Origin: a virus
IMG/VR virus record: IMGVR_UViG_3300037104_000796
Location: 98,359 to 162,358 of that record
Direction: 5' to 3' (one strand)
Length of the DNA stretch: 64,000 nt
Position 1 is the stretch's first letter, and every line of letters begins with the position of its first letter. Below are positions 48,091-58,155 of the stretch, piece after piece. A program made the translations under genes and the position numbers. The notes under the pieces are model-generated. The model was not told the DNA's origin. It saw only the letters and a list, made by a program, of their open reading frames with translations, and ran no database searches.

Positions 48091-48579
48091 TTATTTTTCA
48101 AATCTTTTTCTTGCAGCATCTGTGATAAAAATGTATTCTGCTTTGCCAATAAAATCATCTAATGTTTTAGCATTACAATAACTCATTGCCGATCTTAAAT
48201 AATCTTTAAAGTTTTCTGTCCATTGTTCTAATGTGTATTCAACTTTTTGATATTTTGTAATTCCTTCAGCCGTTACTAAATCTGTCTTTCCCCATTTTCT
48301 TTGTACTGCTTTGGTACTCATACCTCTGTATTTCTTTTTAATTGGGAATCCCCATCTCCAGAGTAATCCAGCCGTTTTATTATTTATTCGCATTTTCCAG
48401 AGATAATTAAATCCCGCTGATTCGATGGATTTATTAAATGTTGATCCAATCATCACATAATCTGAGTTATGAACAATAATTCCGTTGACATTATACGAAT
48501 GATTATCTTCTACTTCTAAATCATACACATTGCCTGAATATGTATAAATTTTTTTTGATTTAATTTCAATTAATTTCAT
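48091..48579 (-). CDS. IMPDH/GMP reductase C-terminal part with split-intein C-half
   Basis: VYDLEVEDNHSYNVNGIIVHN|SDYVMIGS, YRGMST, AEG and LRSAMSY motifs. Confidence 0.92.
   Translation of the reverse strand: MKLIEIKSKKIYTYSGNVYDLEVEDNHSYNVNGIIVHNSDYVMIGSTFNKSIESAGFNYLWKMRINNKTAGLLWRWGFPIKKKYRGMSTKAVQRKWGKTDLVTAEGITKYQKVEYTLEQWTENFKDYLRSAMSYCNAKTLDDFIGKAEYIFITDAARKRFEK
48466..48579 (-). mobile_element. Split intein C-half (38 aa)
   Basis: Blocks F/G ending HN, followed by Ser+1. Confidence 0.92.
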
Positions 48580-49714
48580 ATTTTATACTTTTAGTTTTTT
48601 TATCGATAACTTTAATTTCATAAAAATATCCAGCTTCTTTAGCATATTTTTGTTTTAATAATATATTTTTTAAATATTTTTCCTGGGATGTCCATTCGCT
48701 TTTAACTTCTATAATTTTATTTTGTGATTTTAAAAATATATCAGGAATATGATAATGTTCTTTTTCATTTTCATCTTTCCATTTTATTTTAGGACAATCT
48801 AAATTAGTTAATATATCATTTTCATTTATTTCTGATTTAATTAAAATATCTAACATTATATTTTCATACCCTAACACATAAGTTATTCTGCCTGATTTAA
48901 ATTTATATTCTTTAATTTTAAAACTATTTCTAAATATTTTATTCTGAATTATATTACTTTGAAATCCGTATTCACAATTATATAATTCTAACATTTTTTC
49001 TTTTGAACGTTTAATACAAATATCTAATAAAAATGCATTTTTTACTCCATATTTAGTAATCATAATATTTTCAACCTTTTCTTTTATTAACCGAGTTTGC
49101 CATGGATATTCTACTCCATAATTTTTAAGAGAAGTTTGAATTTTTTTATTTTTTATTTCATCTGATTTACTCGGATTATCTACACCGAAATGTTTTAAAC
49201 ACGTTTGTTTATATTTTTTCTGATTATTAAAATTTTCATCGCCATATCTTTCTTTTTTAGTTTTTTTACTTTTTTGTTTAATTTCATTAGATTGAAAAAT
49301 ATTTGTAGATACATCGTATTTTTTTAATAAAATTGTTTTACATTCGTTTGTAGCTAAATACGATGTAACACCAAATTTTTTTATACACGTTTCTTTTTGT
49401 TTTTTTGAATTATTATATTTTTCATCTCCATATTTTTCTTTTTTTGTTTGTTTTCTTTTTTTCTCATCAGCAAACGCTGCTTTAAACCCATATTTAGTAA
49501 TGCACGTTTCTTCTATTTTTTTTCTTATAATTGGAGATTTTTGTATTTCTGATTGAGTTTTTTTGGGGATATTATATTTTTTAAAATAATATTCTATATT
49601 TCCTCTTGAAACATCTAATTCTTTTTCAATCATACTGATTGAATATTCTTTAACTAAATATAAATGTTTTAAAATTTCTTCAGATAATTCTTTTCTTTTA
49701 CGATAGTTTTTCAT
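48566..49714 (-). CDS. Free-standing endonuclease between the intein halves (KYG repeats, PD-(D/E)xK)
   Basis: HYHIPDIFLKSQNKIIEVKS; N-terminal HTH. Confidence 0.75.
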   Translation of the reverse strand: MKNYRKRKELSEEILKHLYLVKEYSISMIEKELDVSRGNIEYYFKKYNIPKKTQSEIQKSPIIRKKIEETCITKYGFKAAFADEKKRKQTKKEKYGDEKYNNSKKQKETCIKKFGVTSYLATNECKTILLKKYDVSTNIFQSNEIKQKSKKTKKERYGDENFNNQKKYKQTCLKHFGVDNPSKSDEIKNKKIQTSLKNYGVEYPWQTRLIKEKVENIMITKYGVKNAFLLDICIKRSKEKMLELYNCEYGFQSNIIQNKIFRNSFKIKEYKFKSGRITYVLGYENIMLDILIKSEINENDILTNLDCPKIKWKDENEKEHYHIPDIFLKSQNKIIEVKSEWTSQEKYLKNILLKQKYAKEAGYFYEIKVIDKKTKSIKYEIN

Positions 49715-50102
49715 GTAATTTTTTAAATAATTTTAGATATAATATATATATCTTTGAAAAAATATTTTTAAAATACATTTGCATACGGTGCGGTAAATTG
49801 ATATTTTTTTCTATTAATAAATAATCTGAATTTAAATCTTCTGCTGCAATCCATTCAGCATATTTATCGATATTTTTTTCAGTAACTAAATCTTTATGTT
49901 TTTTATGAATTACATAATAATGATGATTATTTGTAGAAAAAATTCCATTTATAGAAATAATATCTTTATTATTTTCATATTTAAATTTATTAATAACTTT
50001 TTTGTATTCGCCCGTGTGCGTATAAACAATTTCGCCGACATTGATATTTTGAATTTGTTTAAATCCATTTTTAGTATACACTAATGTTGAAGGAAGAAAA
50101 CA
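49698..50102 (-). mobile_element. Split intein N-half
   Basis: CFLPSTLVYT (block A), STNNH (block B), WIAAEDL. Confidence 0.92.
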
Positions 50103-50795
50103 TCCAAGAGCTAATGCCTTTATTATATCTGCATAGTTTTTCATTCCACCATCAGTAACTATCTTTGTAGTAATACCATATTGTTTTCTAAGACTATAAC
50201 ACTCTGATATTAAAGAACCCAGTGGATAATTTATTGAAACATTAGCTGCTGTAGTGCATCCTGCGCCAGTTCCAACACTACATCTTACATAATCGGCACC
50301 AGCCATGCCAAGATTTATAAAGGTTTCTGGGTTGGCCACATTGCCAATCATAAGATTACAAGTAGGCGCATATTTTTTTATTTGCTTAACAATATCTATA
50401 AGTTTAATCATGTGTCCATTGGCTATATCAATAAGAATATTAGGATAGCTGTAAAATGGATCTCTTACGTAATCACCGTGTAAAGTAATTTTATCTAAAA
50501 TTTTTAGTTGTTCTTCAATTTCTGATAAACTAAATGATTGAAAATAAAGTGGCGAACCAACTAAAAATTTTTTAACTAATCCACGTGGAATACAAGGAAT
50601 TATTCCCTGTTGAATATATTTTGTATAATTTTGTCCTGAAACAACAGTATCCATTGGAGAAGCCATCAAAGGCAATCTTGCTCCATACGTAAAATCTGAT
50701 TCTATTTGGCATTCTTTTCTACTGCTGATTTCACTTTGTTCACTCGGAATCAAAACGATATCGTTTAAATCCCATTTCAGTTTTTCTATATTCAT
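49698..50795 (-). CDS. IMPDH/GMP reductase N-terminal part with split-intein N-half
   Basis: DIVLIP, ASPMDTV, IDIANGH, GNVA, GAGCTT, DGG and KALALG|C motifs. Confidence 0.92.
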   Translation of the reverse strand: MNIEKLKWDLNDIVLIPSEQSEISSRKECQIESDFTYGARLPLMASPMDTVVSGQNYTKYIQQGIIPCIPRGLVKKFLVGSPLYFQSFSLSEIEEQLKILDKITLHGDYVRDPFYSYPNILIDIANGHMIKLIDIVKQIKKYAPTCNLMIGNVANPETFINLGMAGADYVRCSVGTGAGCTTAANVSINYPLGSLISECYSLRKQYGITTKIVTDGGMKNYADIIKALALGCFLPSTLVYTKNGFKQIQNINVGEIVYTHTGEYKKVINKFKYENNKDIISINGIFSTNNHHYYVIHKKHKDLVTEKNIDKYAEWIAAEDLNSDYLLIEKNINLPHRMQMYFKNIFSKIYILYLKLFKKLHEKLS

Positions 50796-50807
50796 ACTAT
50801 TTTTGTT

Positions 50808-50835
50808 ATTATATGTATAAAACATTATACAGTTT
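50808..50835 (-). promoter_or_regulatory. Middle-type promoter AAACT-N17-TATAAT
   Basis: aaact gtataatgttttataca tataat. Confidence 0.65.
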
Positions 50836-50863
50836 TTGTCATATAATTAATAAATACACTTTT

Positions 50864-51508
50864 ATGGAATTAATTCATTACGTTTATATAACTACAAACA
50901 TTATAAATGGCAAACAATATGTTGGTGATCGTTCATGTTTATGTGATCCAAATGAAGACAAATACTTAGGAAGTGGAAGACCATATTTCAAAAATGCTTT
51001 GAGAGAGTATGGAAAGGAAAATTTTAAAAAGAAAATTTTAGAATTATTGCCAACACGTATAGATGCTTTTAATGCACAGGAAAAATATATTCAAAAATAC
51101 AATACATTAGTTCCTAACGGGTATAATATTAGTCCTAAAGGTGGCCACAATGTTATCAATTCAATGTCTAAAGAAACAAGAAACAAAATTAGTGTGAAAA
51201 AGAAAGAATTGTTTAAAGATAAAATGAAACATCCTATGTTTCATAAAGGATATTTAATATCAGGAGAAAACAATGGAATGTATGGAAAAAATCATTCGTC
51301 TGATTCTATTCAAAAAATAAAAAATTCCAAGAAAAATATATCTGAAGAAACAAAGAAAAAACTAAGAGGGCCTAAATCTATGGAATGCAGAAAAAATATG
51401 TCAAAATCTGCTAAAGGAAGAATTTCTCCTAGAAAAGGCGTAACACTTTCAAAAGAAATTAGAGATAAAATTAGTAAGGGCTTACGATTACGTAATCATA
51501 AATATTAA
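50864..51508 (+). CDS. GIY-YIG homing endonuclease
   Basis: YVYITTNIINGKQYVG, YLGSG, PNGYNISPKGG; close paralog of 31025. Confidence 0.9.
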   Translation: MELIHYVYITTNIINGKQYVGDRSCLCDPNEDKYLGSGRPYFKNALREYGKENFKKKILELLPTRIDAFNAQEKYIQKYNTLVPNGYNISPKGGHNVINSMSKETRNKISVKKKELFKDKMKHPMFHKGYLISGENNGMYGKNHSSDSIQKIKNSKKNISEETKKKLRGPKSMECRKNMSKSAKGRISPRKGVTLSKEIRDKISKGLRLRNHKY

Positions 51509-52575
51509 ATTTGATCTGCTTCTATATTTTCAAGGTCTCTTCCTTTATCTATTATACCTTTGGGTTTGACTTTAGTTTTTATAGGTTGTTCTTTTATATG
51601 CTGGCCAATATTTTGCATTCTATTTGCGGGGATTTTGAATTCTGCACCACCCGGTCCTTTAGCGAAGAAACTGCCTGTAGTTGGGTCTTCTCCAGTTATT
51701 TCAACTTCTACATTTTCTCCTTTTCTATTCAAATAATTTCTCTTATCACCTACTTGTAAATAATCGCCTTCTTCATTATTTGACTTTTGAATTCTATTTT
51801 CTTTTTCAGCAAATTCAGGTTCTTCTGATAATTCCCATCCTCTACCCATACGTTTTAATTCTTTGATAACTTCTTTAGGAACCATTTCAATATCTCTTGA
51901 AGCTCCTGTTTTTGCATTAACAAAATGATACATCATTGTTTGATCAGTACTTTCGATAGGTTTAACCTTTTCAACATGTGCCACTGGTTGTTTTGTATCA
52001 ATATCTACAGGATTACCATCAATATCAAGTTCTGGTTGATCAACTTCACCTGGTTCTGTGATAGGCTGTTCAACAGGTTGTTCAATAGGTTGTTCTGTTG
52101 GTTCTTCTGAAGGAATTTCCTCACCTTTAGGTTTAATAGCTACATCACCACCTTCTGGTTTATCTTTAACCATGATAACTGGCTTTCCTGTTTCTTCATC
52201 TTTGTCCAAAACAATTTCTTTACTACGTTGAGATACACTTCGCCAATCTTTTTTCTCAAGATCGTAAAATGTAGCTACTTTTTTAGATGAAGGACGAATT
52301 CCTTGTGGGTGTTGTGATTGCGGCACATATTTCATAAGTGTTGTCCCACGAGCCGGTCTTACTTCGCCATCTAACTTAATAAATTGAAAATTAATAATTT
52401 TTTTATGCAATAAAGATCGTAATTCGGGAACTGTAATTGGCTGTCCATATAGCAATTTTTCACATAAAAGATTATCGTATAAATAGTTAACAATCCATCT
52501 ATCTTCTAACGATTCACATATTCTATTTTCAAATAAAATTTCCGATATAGTATTTTTTATAAGTAATTCAGTCAT
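51505..52575 (-). CDS. SH3/WYL_2 (DUF2693-like) domain protein with a P/E-rich linker
   Basis: FQFIKLDGEVRPARGT...FYDLEKKDWRS; EQPI/EQPV repeats. Confidence 0.65.
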   Translation of the reverse strand: MTELLIKNTISEILFENRICESLEDRWIVNYLYDNLLCEKLLYGQPITVPELRSLLHKKIINFQFIKLDGEVRPARGTTLMKYVPQSQHPQGIRPSSKKVATFYDLEKKDWRSVSQRSKEIVLDKDEETGKPVIMVKDKPEGGDVAIKPKGEEIPSEEPTEQPIEQPVEQPITEPGEVDQPELDIDGNPVDIDTKQPVAHVEKVKPIESTDQTMMYHFVNAKTGASRDIEMVPKEVIKELKRMGRGWELSEEPEFAEKENRIQKSNNEEGDYLQVGDKRNYLNRKGENVEVEITGEDPTTGSFFAKGPGGAEFKIPANRMQNIGQHIKEQPIKTKVKPKGIIDKGRDLENIEADQI

Positions 52576-53304
52576 CTATTTGTTTATTTTTAATCCTTTA
52601 TTCCAAGGAATTTTTCTTTTACCAACTATATATAGTTTTTCTTTAATTTTAGGTCTTTGCATTGCCAGTATTGTGTTAGCACTTATTTTATCTTTTGTAT
52701 ATTGAGACATATTTAATTTAGATATACGCATATTTTCTATCCATTCTTTATATTTTTTATTTCCTTCAATTTCTCCGTATCTTTTTATAAAAATATCTTT
52801 CTTTGATACACCCTTTTGTTTTTTAATAATTTTTTCTATTGTTTCAGAAGATACATCGTGTCCTAATAATGCTTTGTTTCTTTTTTCTTTTGTATCTTTA
52901 GATTGAGGTTTTCTAAATTTTGCTTTATCTCTCATTAACTGTTTTGATTCTTCTGAATGTGTTCTATCTCCATTACAGGTTCCTCCATCCCAACATACAT
53001 TATATCCACCTTGAGATATATGAGTTTTATATAATCGTATATAATATCCTTGTTTATCTCCTGCTTCTTTTCTTGTATCACATATTTCTAATACTTTTTT
53101 AGTAAAATTTCTTCTACCATATTTTAATTTAGCTATTCTAATTTCTCTTCCGCTTCCTAGATATCTATCTTTTTCTGGTTCGATAAATGTACTTCTGTCA
53201 CCTACATACTGCTGTCCGGTAATATTATTTGTCGTTAAATATACATAATGATAAAGTTTATTAACTACATCAGCATTTTCTATAGATTCTCTTACCAGTT
53301 TCAT
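52576..53304 (-). CDS. GIY-YIG homing endonuclease with MKLVRE N-terminal tag
   Basis: MKLVRESIE then YVYLTTNNITGQQYVG and YLGSG. Confidence 0.88.
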   Translation of the reverse strand: MKLVRESIENADVVNKLYHYVYLTTNNITGQQYVGDRSTFIEPEKDRYLGSGREIRIAKLKYGRRNFTKKVLEICDTRKEAGDKQGYYIRLYKTHISQGGYNVCWDGGTCNGDRTHSEESKQLMRDKAKFRKPQSKDTKEKRNKALLGHDVSSETIEKIIKKQKGVSKKDIFIKRYGEIEGNKKYKEWIENMRISKLNMSQYTKDKISANTILAMQRPKIKEKLYIVGKRKIPWNKGLKINK

Positions 53305-53328
53305 ATAAGTTATATATTCTCAAAACAA

Positions 53329-53350
53329 AAGCTCTAATTTCTTAGAGCTT
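53329..53350 (-). terminator. Rho-independent terminator
   Basis: aagctctaa-tttc-ttagagctt with U-tract on minus strand. Confidence 0.65.
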
Positions 53351-53356
53351 CATTTT

Positions 53357-53974
53357 TTATTTTTGTTTGTGTTTTTCTTTTTCCATATTCAACATAACTC
53401 TTTCTAATGCTGTTTCAATATCAGGAAATCTTCCCATAAGATTCTGTTTAAGACTTTTAGAATTTAATTTATCTGGATTGCTATCAACATATTTTAAAAA
53501 TGCTTTAAGTTGTTCATCTTTTGTTTTTCCATAGCCTATTCGATACCCTTGTACATAATGACCTTTATTTTTCGGATCCATTTCATACCAATTTTTAACT
53601 GTATCATTCGAATCCATTCCGTACCAAACTTTTCTTAAAGAAATTGGATCTTCCCAATTTGTATACGTAAATGTATATCGGATTTCTTCAACAATTGCCG
53701 GCCATTTTAATTGATCATATGACATTATCATAGGATAATACACTGTGAGAGAAATATATGGTGTTTTGTTTTTATTAATTCCAAATTCATAACCTTTTTC
53801 TTTCGCAAACGCTTGTATCTTTTTTATATCTTCAGCATTTTCACCTGTTGAAAGTTTACGTGGTGTGTATTTTGGATTTGTTGTTCCAAAAGTATAATGT
53901 TGTTTGTAATCATCTCCGAATACACTATCCATTTCATTATCTTCGTTTAAAGATTCTTTAACTAATTTTACCAT
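53357..53974 (-). CDS. Protein with LxE-type N-terminus
   Basis: MVKLVKESLNE; GATATATA box at 53991. Confidence 0.6.
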   Translation of the reverse strand: MVKLVKESLNEDNEMDSVFGDDYKQHYTFGTTNPKYTPRKLSTGENAEDIKKIQAFAKEKGYEFGINKNKTPYISLTVYYPMIMSYDQLKWPAIVEEIRYTFTYTNWEDPISLRKVWYGMDSNDTVKNWYEMDPKNKGHYVQGYRIGYGKTKDEQLKAFLKYVDSNPDKLNSKSLKQNLMGRFPDIETALERVMLNMEKEKHKQK

Positions 53975-54000
53975 ATTGCCTATTTTGTTTTATATATCTC

Positions 54001-57000
54001 TTAGCATTTTGAATAAGAGCAACTATCGCAATGAACACATGCTTCTTCTCTTATCATATTTCCCCCACATTCTGGACATTTTTCCTGAAGTACTTCAGTT
54101 TCTACATATTTTCCTAAAATTCTTCTACATACAGAACTAAATCCTGTAATGTTTTCATCAACCTTTTTAGCTACATGAACAATATGCTCAATTGGAGCTC
54201 TGTGTCGAAGCAACATGCTCAAGAAAATAGTGTGTGCTTTTTGCTCTATTTTATCTGAAGCTAATTGAAGATTTTCGATTTCAAATTCGTGATTAACAAA
54301 TTTATAATGACCCTTTTTAACTTTAATAATTCTGCCATCAGTATTTTTATCCATAGGCGGATTTTCAAATGCAAATATTTCATAAGGTTTTCTTGTATCT
54401 TTATACAAACCTACAATTACTGCATATTTGATTCCATTGGCTGTGGCAACATAGTAATCAGCTTTTAATTCTCTAGGCCTCTTCAAAGCATTCACAGGTG
54501 TAAAATCATCTTCTTCTTTTTTATTCGTTAACAATACTCCTTGTCTTGAACCCTCTCGGTAAATTGTACAACCTTTACAACCTGACTTCCATGCCTGAAA
54601 ATAAATTTTGTTTACTTCTTCAATTGAAATATTTTGAGGTAAGTTGTGTGTTACTGAAATACTATGATCTATCCATTTTTGAATTACACCTTGCATATTA
54701 ACTTTTTCCATATAATCAATAGTATGTGACTCAGAACCTGCCCAAGGAGATTCTGCAACTAATTTAGTTACAGTTTCATCAGATAATAATTCCATCATTT
54801 TAAGAACATCATCTGTAGATTTTTCTTGGAAATTTTCAAATAAATGAACTTTTGTGTTTTTAGCCCAATTAATAAATTCAGGGTGAAATACATTGTATTC
54901 TTGCCAACAATCACCATTCTCATCTTTATAATCTACTTTAACTCCGGCCTCACTCGGATTTATTTTTCTTCTTCTTTTGTAATAACATTTAAAGACAGGT
55001 TCAATGCCCGAAGTTGTTCTTGCTAATATAGCAAGTGATCCTGTAGGCGCTATAGATAAAGTAGCAATGTTTCGTCTTCCATATCGTAAATAGTCATTGT
55101 ACTCTTGTGTAGTAAAATGATTGCTAATTACTCGAATAATAAAAGGATTTTGTGATTCTTTATCTGCATTCCAAATTGGAAAGCAACCTCTTTCTTTTGC
55201 AAGTTGAACCGATTCTCTATATGAATTAACAGCAATAGTTTCAAATACTTTATCAATAATAAGTGTAGCATCCTTTGTCCCGTATCTAACTCCAAGTTTT
55301 GCGAGCATATCGCCCAATCCAAGAACTCCGATACCTGTTCTTCTTCCTTTGTTTAAAACTTCAAGAACTTTTGTCCATACATTTAATTCTGTTCTCTTTA
55401 ACTCTGGATCTTCAGGATCACTTTTTATTTTTTTAATAATATCCTTTATCTTTTCTTCTTCCAGTGACACGAGATCATCCATGATTCTTTGCGTAAATCG
55501 AATTACCTCAGTTAATAAAGCATAATCGATCTTTGCTTTGTCCGTATACGGATCTTTCACCATGTTACTTAGATTCATTGAACCAAGACGACATGAATCA
55601 TAAGGTGATAGTGGCACTTCCCCACAATTTTTGATAGAAATACCTGATGATGTAATAAATAAAGGATCGACATTAGCAGTTATAACGTTATAATTGTGAT
55701 TATCGTCTACTGTTAAATTGTATACATCTTCGTATCCGTAAAATTCTACTGATACAACTTTATGATTATTAACTACTTGATTTTTAAAATTATCAAATGA
55801 AGTAAACCTAAAATTATTAGCGATATTTTGAGGATAACCATGTTCTTCAGCATATTTTCTCCAGTCACTTCTAATAAATTTTCCTTTTTGAAGAAAAAGT
55901 TCTTTTGCGCCTTGTAATATTTGCGCGTTTGTAACGGGAATATATGTATGATTTTTTTCACCTGGATGTGACGCAAATTTAAACTTTGATTCTTTACTCA
56001 TTTTATAATAAGGATTTTTGTCTCCTCTCATTCGTGCAGCGTGAAATTCAATATGTTCTTTACGCAACATTTTTTGTAAATTCTCAGGTCTATCATTTTT
56101 ATTGTTAAAATCATAATGATGTATAGAATATAATTTATGATCTACATTTTCATCTTGATTATAAAACCCATAAATTAAGTGATACTGTCTTCTATTTCTA
56201 AATGCGCCGCCAATCATTTTAGCGCCAGTTCTTGCGATTTGTCTATAACCATTTGACGCAAATGAATAAAAAGGAACAAGAGATTCACCTGGAGTTAAAT
56301 CTTTTAATTGTTTGTAATTAAGTTTTGATGTTAAAATTTGGTGATCTGGAGTCGCAATAAGTTCTGAACCATCATCTAATTTTAATTTCCATACTTCAAC
56401 ATTTTTCTTTGTTAATCTGGGTTCTCTTCCCCATTTAATTTCAGTTTGTCCAGTTTCAGGATTTGATGAATAAACAGGAACGTCTTTTCCTTCTTCAGTT
56501 AACTGTTTTATTGATACTGCGTTTCTTCCGTCTGCAACCGCAATAAGTGTATCACCGACAACACAAGGATTTGTTCCTTTAGTTGTAAAGCCATCAGACG
56601 CGTAACAATCTGCTGGTGATTCTTTAATAATGTTGTCCCAAAATAATACGCCGGGTTCAGCAGTTTTGTGCGCTTGTTTGATTAACAAATCCCATACTTC
56701 ACGCGCCTTAACTTTCATTATGTATGAACCATCTTCGCGTTTGTATAATTTGTTGTATACAAGTTGATCAAGAATAAGAGGTTGATCATTTTGAACTGGC
56801 CAACGAAGAATGTAATCTGCATCACCTTCTACAGCTTTCATAAATTCGTCTGTCACTTTCACAGACACATTGGCGCCTGTTACTTTTGTGAGATCATCCT
56901 TTTTAACAATGAATTGTTTTATATCAGGGTGATTGATATGCATACTGAGCATTAAAGCTCCTCTTCTACCATCTTGTGCAACCTCACGAGTTGAATGTGA

Positions 57001-57495
57001 ATAGCGATCCATAAAAGACACAGCACCTGTTGAAGTTTGCGCAGCATTATTTACTTCAGCTTGGGATGGTCTGAGATTTTCAAGAGTTATACCTACTCCA
57101 CCTCTACGTTTCATAAGTTGAACCATAGATTCGTCAATATTGAATATGGCACCATAAGAATCTGCTCCATTATCAATGAAAAAGCAATTTCCTAATGATG
57201 ATACTTGATGTTTATTTCCAAGACCAAATAAAATTGAGCCTCCGGGAATAAAGTATTTAAAGTGTTCTAAATGTTTTTGTATTGTTTCTTTTGGCAAAGG
57301 ATTAGGAAATTTAAGTTCCATTCGATAAAATTCATCGATCATTCTCTGAATTGTTTCTGTGGGGTGTCCTTCTTCCCATTTGCCATTCTTTTTGAGTGCG
57401 TACTTTTTTGCCCACACGTCGGAGGCGAGAGAATCGTTTTCGAAGTATGTTAAGCCTGCACTTATTAAATCTTTTTCGTTATATTCTTTTTCCAT
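54001..57495 (-). CDS. nrdJ: Class II (B12-dependent) ribonucleotide reductase with intein
   Basis: SLGNCF, RRGGVG, GRRGALM, TNP|C..|CGE, SCRLGS, IAPTG, KGCTIYREGSR; C-terminal CPECG...CDSC. Confidence 0.93.
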   Translation of the reverse strand: MEKEYNEKDLISAGLTYFENDSLASDVWAKKYALKKNGKWEEGHPTETIQRMIDEFYRMELKFPNPLPKETIQKHLEHFKYFIPGGSILFGLGNKHQVSSLGNCFFIDNGADSYGAIFNIDESMVQLMKRRGGVGITLENLRPSQAEVNNAAQTSTGAVSFMDRYSHSTREVAQDGRRGALMLSMHINHPDIKQFIVKKDDLTKVTGANVSVKVTDEFMKAVEGDADYILRWPVQNDQPLILDQLVYNKLYKREDGSYIMKVKAREVWDLLIKQAHKTAEPGVLFWDNIIKESPADCYASDGFTTKGTNPCVVGDTLIAVADGRNAVSIKQLTEEGKDVPVYSSNPETGQTEIKWGREPRLTKKNVEVWKLKLDDGSELIATPDHQILTSKLNYKQLKDLTPGESLVPFYSFASNGYRQIARTGAKMIGGAFRNRRQYHLIYGFYNQDENVDHKLYSIHHYDFNNKNDRPENLQKMLRKEHIEFHAARMRGDKNPYYKMSKESKFKFASHPGEKNHTYIPVTNAQILQGAKELFLQKGKFIRSDWRKYAEEHGYPQNIANNFRFTSFDNFKNQVVNNHKVVSVEFYGYEDVYNLTVDDNHNYNVITANVDPLFITSSGISIKNCGEVPLSPYDSCRLGSMNLSNMVKDPYTDKAKIDYALLTEVIRFTQRIMDDLVSLEEEKIKDIIKKIKSDPEDPELKRTELNVWTKVLEVLNKGRRTGIGVLGLGDMLAKLGVRYGTKDATLIIDKVFETIAVNSYRESVQLAKERGCFPIWNADKESQNPFIIRVISNHFTTQEYNDYLRYGRRNIATLSIAPTGSLAILARTTSGIEPVFKCYYKRRRKINPSEAGVKVDYKDENGDCWQEYNVFHPEFINWAKNTKVHLFENFQEKSTDDVLKMMELLSDETVTKLVAESPWAGSESHTIDYMEKVNMQGVIQKWIDHSISVTHNLPQNISIEEVNKIYFQAWKSGCKGCTIYREGSRQGVLLTNKKEEDDFTPVNALKRPRELKADYYVATANGIKYAVIVGLYKDTRKPYEIFAFENPPMDKNTDGRIIKVKKGHYKFVNHEFEIENLQLASDKIEQKAHTIFLSMLLRHRAPIEHIVHVAKKVDENITGFSSVCRRILGKYVETEVLQEKCPECGGNMIREEACVHCDSCSYSKC
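55627..56565 (-). mobile_element. 313-aa intein with HNH endonuclease at the NPCGE active site
   Basis: CVVGDT, ATPDH, HHYDFNNKNDRPENL, VYNLTVDDNHNY...IKN|C. Confidence 0.92.
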
Positions 57496-57514
57496 TAGAA
57501 AAATTTATTTTTGT

Positions 57515-58084
57515 TTAGTGTACATTAATTTTAGTTGCATTATTGTTTCCGAGTAATTTTTTTGCAATTTTTTGTTTTGTAATATCACTTGCGTGTTTTC
57601 CTTCGCGGGATTTACGCATTCTTTCTCTTGTGATTTCAGAAATTACGATATTTTTTCGGTTTTCTAATTGTTCTTTTGATAATTTTTTCCCCGTCAAATG
57701 CTGTTTATGTTCTTCAGATAAATGCCTTCCTGTTAAAGTATTTTTAATTTTTTCTCGTATTTCATCAGGTCTAGGTATTGTATGTAATAATTCTTTATCA
57801 TATGCATAATCTCTTGACGACACTCTATAATTTAACTTTTTACTAAAAGTCATTCTATGAAATGCGCAGGCAATTTTATAATTACCTTTGTAAATATACG
57901 TTAATAATTTATGACAAATGTAGTGTTCTCTGGCGGTTAATAGAACTAAATTTTCTTTACTGTTTGTTCCGCCCACACATATCGGAATGATGTGGTGATT
58001 TTCATTATAATGTTTTTCATGTTTGATTCTATTTTCCGATTTTGCTCGGGTAATAATATCATCATAAACTTTATTATAATTCAT
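57515..58084 (-). CDS. HNH homing endonuclease (NUMOD3)
   Basis: ENHHIIPICVGG..NLVLLTAREHYICH; TATAAATA at 58114. Confidence 0.9.
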   Translation of the reverse strand: MNYNKVYDDIITRAKSENRIKHEKHYNENHHIIPICVGGTNSKENLVLLTAREHYICHKLLTYIYKGNYKIACAFHRMTFSKKLNYRVSSRDYAYDKELLHTIPRPDEIREKIKNTLTGRHLSEEHKQHLTGKKLSKEQLENRKNIVISEITRERMRKSREGKHASDITKQKIAKKLLGNNNATKINVH

Positions 58085-58155
58085 TTTAGATAGGAAATTT
58101 TATTTTGTTTGTTTATTTATACAATTTTAATTTTCTTTAACAGACATATTTCGCG

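Noticed and set aside
50864-51508. Second inversion explaining the plus-strand GIY-YIG (also 470-1531 and 21462-22310)
   Set aside because: Flanking genes are intact, these genes have their own promoter-like boxes, and no broken reading frames or inverted repeats were found at their borders.
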